In this document: one piece after another, positions 63,499 through 64,000 of the stretch
Numbering within the stretch: position 1 is the first letter of the stretch
Layout: every line of letters starts with the position of its first letter
NCBI GenBank assembly: GCA_020137815.1
Contig: CM035358.1
Coordinates: 6,572,001 to 6,636,000, forward strand
Direction: 5' to 3'
DNA: 64,000 bases
Origin: Hormiphora californensis
Lineage: Eukaryota; Animalia; Ctenophora
The notes under the pieces: generated by a model
Told to the model about the DNA's origin: nothing
The model's input: only the letters and a program-made list of their open reading frames with translations
Database searches by the model: none
Translations under genes and position numbers: made by a program

Positions 63499-64000
63499 CT
63501 AAAATAAAAACAATTAAAACTTGGCGTGAATTAGGAGTTACTGAATTATTCTGGGATAAGCTCTAAATAAATATTTTCGAATATTTTCGTGACTTTCAAG
63601 ATATACTTTTATTTGGACACTCTAAATATCTCCAGAGGCTGATCTCATAGTCAGGGCATATGATGACAAAATATGGGCATAATTGTTATCAAGCTAATTT
63701 CACTTCTAGTAGGCTCTATTAGGTCCCTAGAAACACCAAAAAAATTGGCCGCGGTTTTATCAATGAAGAAGTTGGGTTTTTGGGCCACGCCCTTTTACCT
63801 ATGTTTTTAGCCTTCTGGCGAAAACCAAAACGGGGCTTAGGAAAGGAGTAGAGACAAATCTAAGGACACTAAAATGTGTAGCGTCCTCACATTAGTGGGG
63901 GTAGGTGCGGAAATTAAGTCTCTATCTCATCTGGTTAATTAGATAATTGGATAATTAGATATGCGCATTGCGCATAACCGTATTTTGGCTATATGGCTAT

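Overview
Eukaryotic, intron-rich animal DNA (a ctenophore-like invertebrate is my guess from the repeat style; unverified). No CRISPR array, rRNA or tRNA is supportable. Most supplied ORFs are spurious, and the real genes were rebuilt by hand from GT-AG boundaries and codon phase. Genes: (1) a minus-strand secreted beta-propeller plus lectin-like gene (2462-9103) with a 29-bp satellite inside an intron; (2) a plus-strand PHF24/GINIP-like gene (MGxxxS start, PHD finger, EF-hands; 14896-24173); (3) two supervillin-like exons (33152-33604); (4) 3' exons of a possible family-B/adhesion GPCR-like gene (57191-58931). Mobile DNA: a ~110-bp hAT-type MITE (8 copies), Kolobok-, Tc1/pogo- and Harbinger-type MITEs, a decayed Ty3/Gypsy, a CR1/L2-type LINE, and a 1.58-kb Tc1/mariner foldback with 664-bp arms enclosing the transposase 5' end. 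The strongest unexplained signals are this foldback, which may template a silencing hairpin RNA; a window-wide pattern of tandem repeats and duplications built from splice junctions, often with CCATGG-rich filler; truncated MITE copies flanked by long duplications; and a 193-bp four-way-junction cloverleaf. Roughly 34-49 kb, 18.4-20 kb and 53-54.2 kb are homopolymer-distorted and probably sequencing or assembly artefact.
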